Assembly: GCA_964408215.1 (NCBI GenBank)
Contig: CAYOYQ010000001.1
Coordinates: 4,059 to 68,058 of the forward strand
Direction of reading: 5' to 3'
Source: an uncultured Eubacteriales bacterium
GTDB lineage: Bacteria; Acidobacteriota; Aminicenantia; Aminicenantales; Saccharicenantaceae
DNA length: 64,000 bases
Shown here piece after piece: positions 1 through 9,448 of the stretch. Both the position numbers and the translations under genes were made by a program. How positions within the stretch are numbered: position 1 is the stretch's first letter; every line of letters begins with the position of its first letter. The notes below the pieces were generated by a model. It worked only from the letters and a program-made list of their open reading frames with translations. It was not told the DNA's origin and ran no database searches.

Positions 1-333
1 ACCGTGGATCAGCTCGACGCCTGGTTTGCCGACCCGAACCATACCCGCAACCCGCTGGACATCCAGAACTTCGAGGATATCCCCGCGAACCAGGGCGGCC
101 AAGATTACGCTCTTTTCGGCCTAGTGGTCGACTCCCTGCTCGACCCCCAGAGCGGAGGCCGCACGGGCGCCGACGTCAAGGCCCTGCTCCTCGAGCTCGT
201 GCAGAGCCACGATTTTGCAGGCGCTTTCGCCGATCACATGGGCATGAGCGTGGCCACCCTGCACGACAATCTGCGCGATCTCTTGGCGGCTTGGCTGCTC
301 AGCCGTTCGTCATCCGAAAGATCCGGGCGATAG
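1..333 (+). CDS. Hypothetical protein, C-terminal fragment (open at the window start)
   Basis: Frame 1 is open from base 1 to a stop at 331-333. The amino-acid composition is balanced, unlike GC-shadow frames. It ends 11 nt from the convergent selD stop. No family recognised. Confidence 0.45.
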   Translation, partial: TVDQLDAWFADPNHTRNPLDIQNFEDIPANQGGQDYALFGLVVDSLLDPQSGGRTGADVKALLLELVQSHDFAGAFADHMGMSVATLHDNLRDLLAAWLLSRSSSERSGR

Positions 334-344
334 CGACGGCGGCC

Positions 345-1877
345 CTAAACCGACCCGTCCTTGAGGCCGTTCCACAGCATCATCGCCCGGCAGCCGGCGA
401 ATGCCGTGGCGATCGACGCGGCCTCCTCGAGCTCAGCCTCGCCGATCCCCATCTCCCTGGCCTTCGTCAGGTGGATCTTGGCGCAGGGGACGCAGTGGAC
501 GGCCAGGGCCAGGGCGACGGCGATGAGCTCCTTGGTCACGACGTCGACCGCGCCCGGCTGCATGGCCGTGCCCATGAAGTCCTGGAACATCTCGAGGGCC
601 CGGTCCGGCGTTCCCGACCCTCCGGCGCAGCATTCCTCGGAATGGGAGCTCTTTTCGTTCGGCATGGTCTTCTCCTGTGCGGTCCGGTCCTCGTCCGCGG
701 CCTCCGGCCTCCGGCTCACGATCCTGATCCCGCCGGCCGAGCGGCCGACGATCCGCCCGACCGCGGCGGCGCGGGCGACGCCCGCCCGGCGCATCTCTTC
801 GATCGCGGCCCCGACCTTCTCCGGCGGGAAGGCGATGAGCAGCCCGCCCGAGGTCTGGGCGTCGAAGAGGACGGCCTTGATGTCCTCGCCGATCCCGCCC
901 TCGAATTCCGCGAGGGCGGCGCTGAACTCCGAGTTCCGCTCGTTGGCCCCCGAGAAGATGCCCTGCCGGGCGTAGTCGAGGACCCCGGGGAAGAGCGGCA
1001 GGGCCTCGGCCCAGACCTCCGCCGTGACCCGGCTCTGGAGGGTCATCTGGGCCAGGTGCCCCATCAGGCCGAAGCCCGTGACGTCGGTGCAGGCCGTCGC
1101 CCCGTGCCGGACCATGACCTCGGCCGCGGCCCGGTTCAGGGCGGTCATGGACGCGGTCATGGCCTCGACCGCCGCCGCCGAAGCCCGGCCGATCTGGGCC
1201 GCGAGCGAGACGATGCCGGTGCCGAGGGGCTTGGTCAGGACGAGGACGTCGCCCGGGCGGGCGCCGGCGTTGGTGACCAGCTCCGCCGCGGCGACGACGC
1301 CCGTGACGGCGAACCCGAACTTGATCTCCTCGTCGTTGATGCTGTGGCCGCCGAGGAGGACCGTCCCGGCCTCGGCCAAGACGGCCAGGCCGCCGCGCAG
1401 GATCTCGGTCATGACCTCGGCCGGCAGGCGTTCGATGGGGAAGCCGATGATCGACAAGGCCGTGACCGGCCGGCCGCCCATGGCGTAGACGTCGCTCAGG
1501 GAGTTGGCCGCGGCGACGCGGCCGAAGTCGTAGGGATCGTCGATGCCGGGCGTGAAGACGTCGACCGTCTGGACGACCGTCACGTCCGGGGCCAGGCGGA
1601 AGACCCCGGCGTCGTCGGCCGTGGCCGTGCCGACGAGCAGCCTCGGGTCGGAGACGGGCGGCAGGCTCTTCAGGACCTGTTCCAGGTCCTTCTGGCCGAT
1701 CTTGCTCGCGCAGCCCGCGTTCCGGACGTATTCGGTCAGGCGGACGGGAACCCGCCGGTCCCCGGGCGGGACCTTCTCCCCGGCGCAGGTGCAGACGTTC
1801 TTCTCTTTGAACAGGGGGCAGGGGCAGGGATTGCGGGGGTCGCAGACGCAATGCCCCAGCTTGATCGAGCGGGCCAT
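345..1877 (-). CDS. selD: Selenide,water dikinase (selenophosphate synthetase) fused to an N-terminal Cys-cluster and a C-terminal AhpD/carboxymuconolactone-decarboxylase-like domain
   Basis: 510 aa. The SelD N-terminal loop reads VRLTEYVRNAGCASKIG, followed by an AIR-synthase-like body (DDAGV..., DVYAMGG, GGHSI, TDVTGFGL). The head is HCVCDPRNPCPCPLFKEKNVCTC. The tail contains HCVPCAKIH (CxxC..H, AhpD-type). Confidence 0.9.
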   Translation of the reverse strand: MARSIKLGHCVCDPRNPCPCPLFKEKNVCTCAGEKVPPGDRRVPVRLTEYVRNAGCASKIGQKDLEQVLKSLPPVSDPRLLVGTATADDAGVFRLAPDVTVVQTVDVFTPGIDDPYDFGRVAAANSLSDVYAMGGRPVTALSIIGFPIERLPAEVMTEILRGGLAVLAEAGTVLLGGHSINDEEIKFGFAVTGVVAAAELVTNAGARPGDVLVLTKPLGTGIVSLAAQIGRASAAAVEAMTASMTALNRAAAEVMVRHGATACTDVTGFGLMGHLAQMTLQSRVTAEVWAEALPLFPGVLDYARQGIFSGANERNSEFSAALAEFEGGIGEDIKAVLFDAQTSGGLLIAFPPEKVGAAIEEMRRAGVARAAAVGRIVGRSAGGIRIVSRRPEAADEDRTAQEKTMPNEKSSHSEECCAGGSGTPDRALEMFQDFMGTAMQPGAVDVVTKELIAVALALAVHCVPCAKIHLTKAREMGIGEAELEEAASIATAFAGCRAMMLWNGLKDGSV

Positions 1878-1928
1878 GACCCGCTTCCGTTTCTCTCGAG
1901 GGTCGATGACGGCCTCCTTGCGCGGAGG

Positions 1929-1957
1929 AGGATATCCCCGGCGTGAAGGCGTGTCAA
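1929..1957 (-). promoter_or_regulatory. Candidate sigma70-type promoter for selD
   Basis: On the minus strand: TTGACA (1957-1952), 17-nt spacer, TATCCT (1934-1929). It lies about 50 nt upstream of the ATG at 1877. Confidence 0.4.
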
Positions 1958-1992
1958 GGAATCCCCCGGCGCTTCGATCGCGCGCGGGCCAT

Positions 1993-2021
1993 TTGACTCA
2001 CCCGACGGAGGGAGATACATT
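1993..2021 (+). promoter_or_regulatory. Candidate sigma70-type promoter for the DPP-IV gene
   Basis: TTGACT (1993-1998), 17-nt spacer, TACATT (2016-2021). AAGGAGG RBS at 2043-2049 and ATG at 2055. Confidence 0.45.
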
Positions 2022-2054
2022 ACCGGCTCGAGGTTTCTCCCCAAGGAGGTCGAC

Positions 2055-4460
2055 ATGCCGTCATTTCCTCTCGATCTTCGCAAGCGCATCCTGATCGTCT
2101 GGATGGCCCTGCTGGCCGCGGGTTTTCTCACCTTCGCCGCGGCCCAGGGTGCGGGCGAGGCGGGCGCGCCCCAGGCCCTGACCGCTGACGACTACGCCCG
2201 GGCCGAGAAGTTCCTCGCCGGCGGCGTCGCCGGCCTCGTGCTGAAGGCGGACGTTCGGCCGACCTGGCTTCCGGACGAGCGCTTCTGGTACCGGAACACA
2301 CTGGCCGAGGGGGCGTCCGAATTCATCCTGGTCGACCCGGCCCGGGGGACGCGCCGGCCGGCCTTCGACCACGCCGCCCTGGCGGCGGCCCTTTCCAAGG
2401 CGGCCGGCAAGACCCTCGAGGCCGCCCGGCTTCCTTTCAACGCCTTCGAGCTCACCGCGGGCGACCGCGCCGTGCGCTTCCGGGCCGAGGGCAAGTCCTG
2501 GGAATACGATCTCAAGGCCAAGACCTGCCGCGAGGTCGAGGCCGGCGCCGAGCCCGCGGCCCCGGGGCCGCCGGGCTTCATGGGCGGCCGGCCCGGCTTC
2601 GGCGGCGCCCCCGAGTCGCTCTCGCCCGATGGCCGCTGGGCGGCCTTCATCCGCGACGACAACCTCTGGGTCCGCGAGGTCGCGACCAAGAAGGAAACGC
2701 GACTCACGACCGACGGTGTCAAGGACTTCGGCTACGCCACCGACAACGCCGGCTGGAGCCGGAGCGACCGGCCGGTCCTGACCTGGTCGCCGGACTCGAA
2801 GAGGATCGCGACCTTCCAGCAGGATCAGCGCGGCGTCGGCGAGATGTATCTCGTCGAGACGCGTGTCGGCCATCCCGTGCTCCAGGCGTGGAAGACCCCG
2901 CTGCCGGGCGACAAGGTCGTGACCACGATCCAGCGCGTCGTCATCCACCTCGACGGCCCGCGGGTCGTCCGCCTGAAGATGCCGCCCGACGAGCACCGCT
3001 CCACGACGACCGACGACATCAAGGACCGCGGCGGCACGGTCGCCGACCTGCAGTGGAGCCCCGACGGCGCGCGGCTCGTCTTCGTCTCGACCTCCCGCGA
3101 CCACAAGGAGGAGATCGTCCGCGAGGCCGACCCCGAGACGGGCGACGTCCGCGTCGTCCTCGAAGAAAAGGTCCCGACCTACTTCGAGTCGGGCGGCAAT
3201 TGGCGCTTCCTCCCCAAGACGAACGAGCTTGTGTGGTTCTCGGAGCGCGACAACTGGGGCCACCTGTACCTCTACGACATGGCCACGGGCGTGCTGAAGA
3301 ACCGGATCACGTCCGGCGAGGGCCTCGTCGACGGCATCGTCCGCCTCGACGAAAAGGCCCGGGTCATCTATTTCACCGGCCTCGGTTGGGAGAAGGGGCG
3401 CGACCCCTACTTCCGCCACCTCTACAAGGTCGGCTTCGACGGCCGCGGCCTGGCGCTCCTGACCCCGGAGGACGCGGATCACACCGTCTCTTTTTCGCCC
3501 TCCGGCCGTTCTTTCGTCGACAGCTTCTCCAAGCCCGACGTCCCTCCGGCCGCGGTCGTGCGCAACACGGCCGGGAAGCTCCTGGCCAAGCTCGAGCAGG
3601 CCGACATCTCGGCGCTCCTGGCCACGGGGTGGCGGCCGCCGCTTCCTTTCTCCGCCAAGGGACGGGACGGCGCGACGGACGTCTACGGGCTCCTCTTCCG
3701 GCCCTCGCGCTTCGACCCGGCCCGCAAGTACCCGATCGTCAACAATATCTACCCCGGGCCGCAGTCGGGCAGCGTGGGGAGCCGGAGCTTCTCGCCGGCC
3801 CGCGGCGACACCCAGGCCCTGGCCGAGCTGGGCTTCGTCGTCGTCCAGATCGACGGGATGGGCACGCCCAACCGGTCCAAGAGCTTCCACGATGCCTACT
3901 ACGGCAACATGGGCGACAATACGCTCCCGGACCAGGTCGCGGCGATGAAAGAGCTGGCCGGGCGGTACGCCTGGATCGACATCGACCGGGCCGGGATCTA
4001 CGGCCACTCCGGCGGCGGTTACGCGACCTGCGACGCCATGTTCCGCTACCCGGACTTCTTCAAGGTGGGCGTCTCCCAGGCCGGGAACCACGATAACCGC
4101 GGCTACGAGGACGACTGGGGCGAGAAATATCAGGGACTGCTCGTCAAGAACGCGGACGGGACGTCGAACTACGACGACCAGGCCAACCAGAACCACGCCA
4201 AGAACCTCAAAGGGAAGCTGCTGCTGGCCCACGGCACCACGGACGGCAACGTCCCGCCCTACCTGACCCTCCTCGTCGTGGACGAGCTGATCAAGGCCAA
4301 CAAAGACTTCGATCTCATCCTCTTCCCCAACCGCAGCCACGGCTTCGGGAGCGAGCCCTACATGATCCGCCGGCGCTGGGACTATTTCGTCCGCCACCTC
4401 CTCGGCGCCGAGCCGCCCAAGGAGTACCCGATGAAGCCGGCCGCGCCGCGGCGGCGCTAG
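2055..4460 (+). CDS. Dipeptidyl-peptidase IV family serine peptidase (S9B), secreted
   Basis: 801 aa with a signal/TM segment. It has a long beta-propeller-type N region, then a prolyl-oligopeptidase catalytic domain with the nucleophile elbow GHSGGGY and downstream LLAHGTTDGNV ... HGF. Confidence 0.9.
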   Translation: MPSFPLDLRKRILIVWMALLAAGFLTFAAAQGAGEAGAPQALTADDYARAEKFLAGGVAGLVLKADVRPTWLPDERFWYRNTLAEGASEFILVDPARGTRRPAFDHAALAAALSKAAGKTLEAARLPFNAFELTAGDRAVRFRAEGKSWEYDLKAKTCREVEAGAEPAAPGPPGFMGGRPGFGGAPESLSPDGRWAAFIRDDNLWVREVATKKETRLTTDGVKDFGYATDNAGWSRSDRPVLTWSPDSKRIATFQQDQRGVGEMYLVETRVGHPVLQAWKTPLPGDKVVTTIQRVVIHLDGPRVVRLKMPPDEHRSTTTDDIKDRGGTVADLQWSPDGARLVFVSTSRDHKEEIVREADPETGDVRVVLEEKVPTYFESGGNWRFLPKTNELVWFSERDNWGHLYLYDMATGVLKNRITSGEGLVDGIVRLDEKARVIYFTGLGWEKGRDPYFRHLYKVGFDGRGLALLTPEDADHTVSFSPSGRSFVDSFSKPDVPPAAVVRNTAGKLLAKLEQADISALLATGWRPPLPFSAKGRDGATDVYGLLFRPSRFDPARKYPIVNNIYPGPQSGSVGSRSFSPARGDTQALAELGFVVVQIDGMGTPNRSKSFHDAYYGNMGDNTLPDQVAAMKELAGRYAWIDIDRAGIYGHSGGGYATCDAMFRYPDFFKVGVSQAGNHDNRGYEDDWGEKYQGLLVKNADGTSNYDDQANQNHAKNLKGKLLLAHGTTDGNVPPYLTLLVVDELIKANKDFDLILFPNRSHGFGSEPYMIRRRWDYFVRHLLGAEPPKEYPMKPAAPRRR

Positions 4461-4486
4461 GGCTTTCACGGGAACGGAGGACATCC

Positions 4487-5542
4487 ATGAAAGCCCTGGC
4501 GGGGATCTCGGCGGTGCTTTTAGCCTTTTCGGCCCTGGCCGCCCAAGAGGCGCGCCCGGTCCGCGACGATGTCGGCTTCTGCTGGAACCCGGCGAGCATG
4601 CGGCTGCTCGTCGACTATCTCCAGGCCCGGGAGAAGGACCGCTTCGAGCCCGAGGGCCTGGTGGCGGCGATCGCTCCCCACGACGACTACCTCCTGGCCG
4701 GCCGCGTCGATTACCCCCTGTTCGAGATCCTGCGGGCCAAGGAGGTCGTCGTCTTCGGGGTCACGCACGGCACGGTCCGGAGCGAGATCGGCGACCCGCA
4801 CGGGATCTTGATCTTCGACGAATTCAAGACCTGGCCCGGGCTGACCGGGCCGCTGTCCGTCTCCGGGTTGCGCGAGGTCCTGAAGAAGCGCCTCGACAAG
4901 AGCGTCTACACGGTCAGCAACAAGGCCCACACGATCGAGCACTCCATCGAGGCCGAGGTCCCCTGGCTGCAGTACTTCAATCCGGGCGTCAAGATCACGC
5001 CCGTCATGGTCACGGGCATGCCCTTTGCGAAGATGGAGGAGGTCGCGGCCCGGGTCGCGGAGGTCATCGCCGCCGAAATGAGAGCCAAGGGGCTCGTCGC
5101 CGGCAAGGACATCTTTTTCCTGATCTCGTCCGACGGCAACCACTACGGCCAGGATTTCAAGAACTCGCCGTTCGGCGAGGGCGAGGCCGCCTGGCTCGAG
5201 GCCCGGGCGCTCGACCAGCGGCTGATCCGCGAATATCTGACCGGTGTCATGGACGAAGGCAAGGTCGAAGGCCTGACCAAGGAGCTCTGGGGCGCGACAT
5301 ATCTCGATTACCGCAACACCTACTGGTGCGGGAAATATTCCATTCCCTTCGGCCTGCTGGCGGTCCAGAAGATCCTCGCCCTGACGGAGAATAAGAAGGT
5401 GAGCGGCCTGCTCTTCCGCTATTCCGACAGCTACAGCGAAGGCGCGCTGCCGCTCACGAAGACCGGCATGGGGCTCACGGCGCCCTACTCACTGCGCCAT
5501 TGGGTCAGCTGGTGTTCCATCGGGTACTACGTCATCCCCTGA
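4487..5542 (+). CDS. Memo-like (MEMO1/DUF52 family) protein with signal peptide
   Basis: 351 aa. Signal peptide, then APHDDYLLAG and HTIEHSIEAEVPWLQY, which resemble the Memo-family His/Asp and EHS.E motifs. GGAGGA RBS 5 nt upstream. Confidence 0.6.
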   Translation: MKALAGISAVLLAFSALAAQEARPVRDDVGFCWNPASMRLLVDYLQAREKDRFEPEGLVAAIAPHDDYLLAGRVDYPLFEILRAKEVVVFGVTHGTVRSEIGDPHGILIFDEFKTWPGLTGPLSVSGLREVLKKRLDKSVYTVSNKAHTIEHSIEAEVPWLQYFNPGVKITPVMVTGMPFAKMEEVAARVAEVIAAEMRAKGLVAGKDIFFLISSDGNHYGQDFKNSPFGEGEAAWLEARALDQRLIREYLTGVMDEGKVEGLTKELWGATYLDYRNTYWCGKYSIPFGLLAVQKILALTENKKVSGLLFRYSDSYSEGALPLTKTGMGLTAPYSLRHWVSWCSIGYYVIP

Positions 5543-5558
5543 TCGGGGAGAGCATCCT

Positions 5559-6662
5559 ATGACCGGCCGCATGACAGATCTGATCGGGAAGCCGGCGTCG
5601 CTCATCCCGACGCCGGCGCTGGTCGTCGAGATCGAAGCCCTGGAGCGCAATCTGCGCTTGATGTCCGGCTTCTTCGCCGGCCGCCACGCGAAGTTGCGCC
5701 CGCACTTCAAATCGCACAAGTGCGTCACGATCGCCCGGCGTCAGCTCGAGGCCGGCAACGCCGTGGGCATCACCTGCGCCAAGCTTTCAGAAGCGGAGGT
5801 CCTGGCCGCGGGGGGGATCCGGGACATCCTTATCGCCAACGAGATCGTGGGACCGGGCAAGCCCGAGCGGGTCGCCGAGCTGGCCCGGGCCTGCCGTCTC
5901 ACCGTCGCCGTGGACGACGAGTCCCAGGTGCGTCAGCTCTCCGCCGCGCTGGCCGGGACGCGCGCCGCCGTCGGCGTCCTGGTCGAGGTGGACATCGGAT
6001 TGCACCGTTGCGGCGTCCCGCCCGGCGAGCGGGCGCTCGAGATCGCCCGGGCCGCGGCGGCCGTCCCCAACGTCGATTTCCGCGGCCTCCAGGCCTACGA
6101 GGGCCACTGCACGACCGTCCTCGACCCCGAGGACAGGCGACGGCAGGTCCTCGTCTCGATGCGGAAGGCCGTGGCGACAAGGCGGCTCATCGAAGCGTCC
6201 GGCCTGCCGGTCCGGGTCCTCAGCGGCGGCGGGACGGGAACGTATGATATGACCGGCCTCATGGACGGCGTCGACGAGGTCCAGGCCGGTTCCTACGCCT
6301 TGATGGACCATTACTACGCGAAACGACGGCCCGAATTCGCCGTCGCCCTCAGCGTGATCACGACCGTCATCTCGAGCAACGGCTCGGACCACGCCGTCCT
6401 GGACGTCGGCGTGAAGGGGGTCGGGACGGATCTCGGCCCTCCCGTCCTGGCGGACGGCCCTGATGACGAGATCTCCCGCTTCGAGTCGGAGGAGCACGCG
6501 TCCGTCAAGGTCGGCGGCCGGCCGCTAAAGGTAGGGGACAGGGTCAGACTGTTCCCCTCGCACGGCTGCACGACCTGCAACCTGCACAGGCGCATCTTCG
6601 CCCTTCGGGACGGCCTCGTCAAGGACGTTTGGCCGATCGAAGGCAGCGGCTGCCTCGAATAG
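5559..6662 (+). CDS. DSD1 / D-threonine aldolase-like PLP enzyme (alanine-racemase-N fold)
   Basis: 367 aa. TPALVVEIEALERN...HFKSHKC (putative PLP lysine context), GIT...AKLSEAE, and a C-terminal SHGCTTCNLH typical of metal-activated D-Ser/D-Thr enzymes. Confidence 0.8.
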   Translation: MTGRMTDLIGKPASLIPTPALVVEIEALERNLRLMSGFFAGRHAKLRPHFKSHKCVTIARRQLEAGNAVGITCAKLSEAEVLAAGGIRDILIANEIVGPGKPERVAELARACRLTVAVDDESQVRQLSAALAGTRAAVGVLVEVDIGLHRCGVPPGERALEIARAAAAVPNVDFRGLQAYEGHCTTVLDPEDRRRQVLVSMRKAVATRRLIEASGLPVRVLSGGGTGTYDMTGLMDGVDEVQAGSYALMDHYYAKRRPEFAVALSVITTVISSNGSDHAVLDVGVKGVGTDLGPPVLADGPDDEISRFESEEHASVKVGGRPLKVGDRVRLFPSHGCTTCNLHRRIFALRDGLVKDVWPIEGSGCLE

Positions 6663-6739
6663 CGCGTCGACGCTCGAAGGACGATCAAAGGACGGCCGGC
6701 CTTCCAGAAGGGTCTTATTGCCGCTGAACTGGCCCAAAT

Positions 6740-9448
6740 TCAGGCCCTGCCGGAAGCGGATCGGCCGGACCCGAACAACAGCCCCGCGCCGGCGATCGGG
6801 AGGCAGACCAGCACGGCCGGGGCCGGCCCCGACCCTGCCGCGGCGCCCTTTTCCAGGTTCGCCCGCAGGGCGGGCACCGCCTCGCGGCGGACGAGGACCA
6901 TGAGACACCCGCCGAGGCCCGCTCCTGCGAGCTGCGCCCCGGCGACGCCGTCAGTCGCGATCGCGATGTCCACCATCCGGTCGATCGCGGGGAGACTGCA
7001 GGCGTAGCGCCCGGGCTGCCAGGCCAGCTGGGCCCGCTCGATCCTGGCCGGGTCTTGGCTTTCCAGGTCCTCGACAAGCCGCAGAAGATACGCGTCCGAG
7101 GCCGGAGCCCGGAAGGGCTCGGCTTCACCGTTCGCGTTCCGGACGGTCACGCGGTCGCCGTCATGGGACGCCTTCATCATCCGCCCGATCTCGCCGATCC
7201 GGCCCGCGCGCAGGAGGCCCGCGTAGAGCCGGGCCCGCTCGCATTCGGCCAGGCCGAAGAGGACGACACCGCGGATGGGATAAAGGCCGTCGCCGGGCTC
7301 CGCGTGGCTCGCCCAGAACGGCCTGAGGTCCTCCCCGGGGAGCAGCGCCTCGAGCCCGGCCCGCGTCGACTCCTCGGGCAGGCGGAGCAGGATGCGGTAG
7401 ATCGAGCTGAGCGGCAGGCCGAGGGTGCGGACATTGACGTCGCGCAGGTGTCGGAGGGCCGGGGCGAGGATCGGATGGAATTTCCGGATGAGCCGGAGTC
7501 CCAGCCGGTAGCAGGCGATCCGGTGGTTGAACTGGTCCCTGGCGCCGCCGCTCTTGCGGGCCCGCAGGCCGGAATCGACGACGGCCATCACGTACCCGTC
7601 GGGGAAGGGCACGGCGACCTCGACCGTGAAATCGAAGAAGCCGACCTTGATGACTGTCCCCCGGCGCCCCAGCCGGATCGCGGCGTGGTCGGCGCTCCCG
7701 CCGCGCGTGCCGGCGAACCACTCGCCCTCGCCGCAGAGATCGACGAACTGGGCCGGGAACGTCTCGAGGCCGTTCGCGGCGATCGTCGCCTCGGCCGCGC
7801 CCACCACCAGGCTCGACGAGGAGCTCAGGCCCGCGGCCGGCGGGATATCGCCCGAGACGGCGATGTCCAGCCCCCGTAGCCTGCGATGGGGGAACTTCTT
7901 CTGGAGACGGAGGACGGCCGCCTTGACGTATTGCGACCAGTCGCCGCCCGCCTCGCGGACCATCTCCCGGACCTTGTCGCTTTCGATGAGCGAGAGCCAG
8001 TCGTCCCAGGGCAGGCCGGCGACCAATTCCGAGATCGAGAACTCGCGGTCGGGATAGCGGCCGCGGTCGACGTTGAAGAGCCGGACGCGATCGTCCTGCC
8101 GCGGACAGATGGCGAGGAGCGTCTCGAAGCCGATGGTCATCAGGTTGCAGTTTCCGCCCTGGTGGTCGATGTGCCGGCCCATGACGTTGAGCCGGCCGGG
8201 GGAGCGGACGAGGAGCACCCGGCTCGAAGGATCGATGACCGTCGCCGCCTTGGCCAGGAGCGTCCGGAAGGCCTCCCGCCGCTCCTCGATCACAGCGGGG
8301 TCCTGGCCGTAGATCGTCCGGAGCTCGGCTTCGAGCGGGGAGGCCGCGACGGCGGCCCCGCCGAAAAGGGCGATCCAGTCGCGGAGCGGCCGGAAGGAAT
8401 CGCCCTCCGGGAGGCCCGGCGCCTCGCCGCCCTTGCGCCGCTCCAGGAGGATGGACTCGACGGCCAGGAGCTCGGCCGGGTTGTTGTAGCCGAGGATCGC
8501 GTCCGGCCGCTCGACCCGAAGGGCCCCGACCTTGAACCGCGCCCCGGAAAGCGCCTCGACGATCGCGGAGAGATACTCCTCTTTCTGGGCGTTGTCGCGG
8601 TCGAGGCGATCCAAGGCGAAGCGCAGGGTCGAGGCCTTGGCCACATAGATCGAGTTGTTCAGCCAGCGGCTGCGGCGGACCTCGTCGGGGCTGAGCTCGA
8701 TCCCGGCGCCGTCCGGCGTCCGGAACCGGAAGCTCTCCCGTCCCTCAGGGATGAGCGGAAGGAGCGCCTCCACCGGCCGGTTCTCGTTGACCGCCGTCCA
8801 GAGCTCGCCGAACGCGGCGGCGAGCTTCGCCTCCGGGGCCGGCGTCTGCGGAGCGGAGAACTCCCTTTCGATGATGTCCTTGGCCGCGATCGCGGTCAGG
8901 GTCCCCTGCGCCGACCGTGCCCTCAGGTTCCGGAAGATCTGGCGTTGGCGGATGTCGGCGTCCTCGACGACGGCCAGGGTCTCGCCCCGAGTCGATTCGA
9001 TGAGGCGGCCGCGGTCCGAACCGGGCGGCCCTGGCGAAACGGCCAGCGCCAGGTCGAGCTCCTGGTCCGAGAACAACATGAAGAGCCGCTCGAGGACCTC
9101 GGGATCGACGATCCGGTCGCCGGCCGCGAGCAGCAGCGAGGCCCCGGGCGCGATCCCCTCGAGCGCCCGGAGCCCGGCCCGGGCCGCGTCGGCCGTGCCC
9201 AGGGCCTCGGCCTGGGTGGCAAAAACGGCGTCCGGGAAAGCCTGCCGGACCGTTCCGATGACTTGATCCGCCATCGTCCCGACGACGACGATGTGCCGGG
9301 TGATGCCCGACTTGGTGTAGATGGCCAGGGCGCGGTTGATGGCCGGGACCCCGTCGACCGGGAAGCAGACCTTGTGGCAGGTCGCCGAGAGCATGCGCGA
9401 GCCCTTGCCCGCCGCAAGGATGACGCTGAACCGGGGCGCGGGGATCAT
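6740..9448 (-). CDS. Bifunctional nucleotidyltransferase / GHMP sugar-1-kinase fusion (FKP-like architecture)
   Basis: I chose the start at the ATG at 9448 (MIPAPRFSVILAAGKGSRM = NTP-transferase G-x-G-x-R loop). It overlaps the upstream stop as ATGA. The C-terminal half has a galactokinase-type signature GRLNVMGRHIDHQGG and the GHMP motif PPAAGLSSSSSLVVGA. The 117 codons further upstream in the ORF track are Arg/Gly-rich shadow. Confidence 0.8.
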   Translation of the reverse strand: MIPAPRFSVILAAGKGSRMLSATCHKVCFPVDGVPAINRALAIYTKSGITRHIVVVGTMADQVIGTVRQAFPDAVFATQAEALGTADAARAGLRALEGIAPGASLLLAAGDRIVDPEVLERLFMLFSDQELDLALAVSPGPPGSDRGRLIESTRGETLAVVEDADIRQRQIFRNLRARSAQGTLTAIAAKDIIEREFSAPQTPAPEAKLAAAFGELWTAVNENRPVEALLPLIPEGRESFRFRTPDGAGIELSPDEVRRSRWLNNSIYVAKASTLRFALDRLDRDNAQKEEYLSAIVEALSGARFKVGALRVERPDAILGYNNPAELLAVESILLERRKGGEAPGLPEGDSFRPLRDWIALFGGAAVAASPLEAELRTIYGQDPAVIEERREAFRTLLAKAATVIDPSSRVLLVRSPGRLNVMGRHIDHQGGNCNLMTIGFETLLAICPRQDDRVRLFNVDRGRYPDREFSISELVAGLPWDDWLSLIESDKVREMVREAGGDWSQYVKAAVLRLQKKFPHRRLRGLDIAVSGDIPPAAGLSSSSSLVVGAAEATIAANGLETFPAQFVDLCGEGEWFAGTRGGSADHAAIRLGRRGTVIKVGFFDFTVEVAVPFPDGYVMAVVDSGLRARKSGGARDQFNHRIACYRLGLRLIRKFHPILAPALRHLRDVNVRTLGLPLSSIYRILLRLPEESTRAGLEALLPGEDLRPFWASHAEPGDGLYPIRGVVLFGLAECERARLYAGLLRAGRIGEIGRMMKASHDGDRVTVRNANGEAEPFRAPASDAYLLRLVEDLESQDPARIERAQLAWQPGRYACSLPAIDRMVDIAIATDGVAGAQLAGAGLGGCLMVLVRREAVPALRANLEKGAAAGSGPAPAVLVCLPIAGAGLLFGSGRSASGRA

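Noticed and set aside
345-1877. Selenocysteine (in-frame TGA) in SelD or its AhpD-like tail
   Set aside because: The active-site loop reads GCASK with a Cys codon and the tail reads CVPC. There is no in-frame TGA anywhere in the ORF.
291-1946. 551-aa ORF on the plus strand covering the whole selD locus
   Set aside because: It is antisense to a gene with unmistakable SelD motifs. Its translation is Arg/Gly/Asp/Pro-rich low-complexity sequence typical of stop-poor shadow frames in high-GC DNA, with no motif of any family.
2061-4484. 807-aa minus-strand ORF mirroring the DPP-IV gene almost end to end
   Set aside because: This is the same shadow-frame signature (runs of R, G, A, D, V, P). The plus strand carries the S9B catalytic motifs and a proper RBS and promoter.
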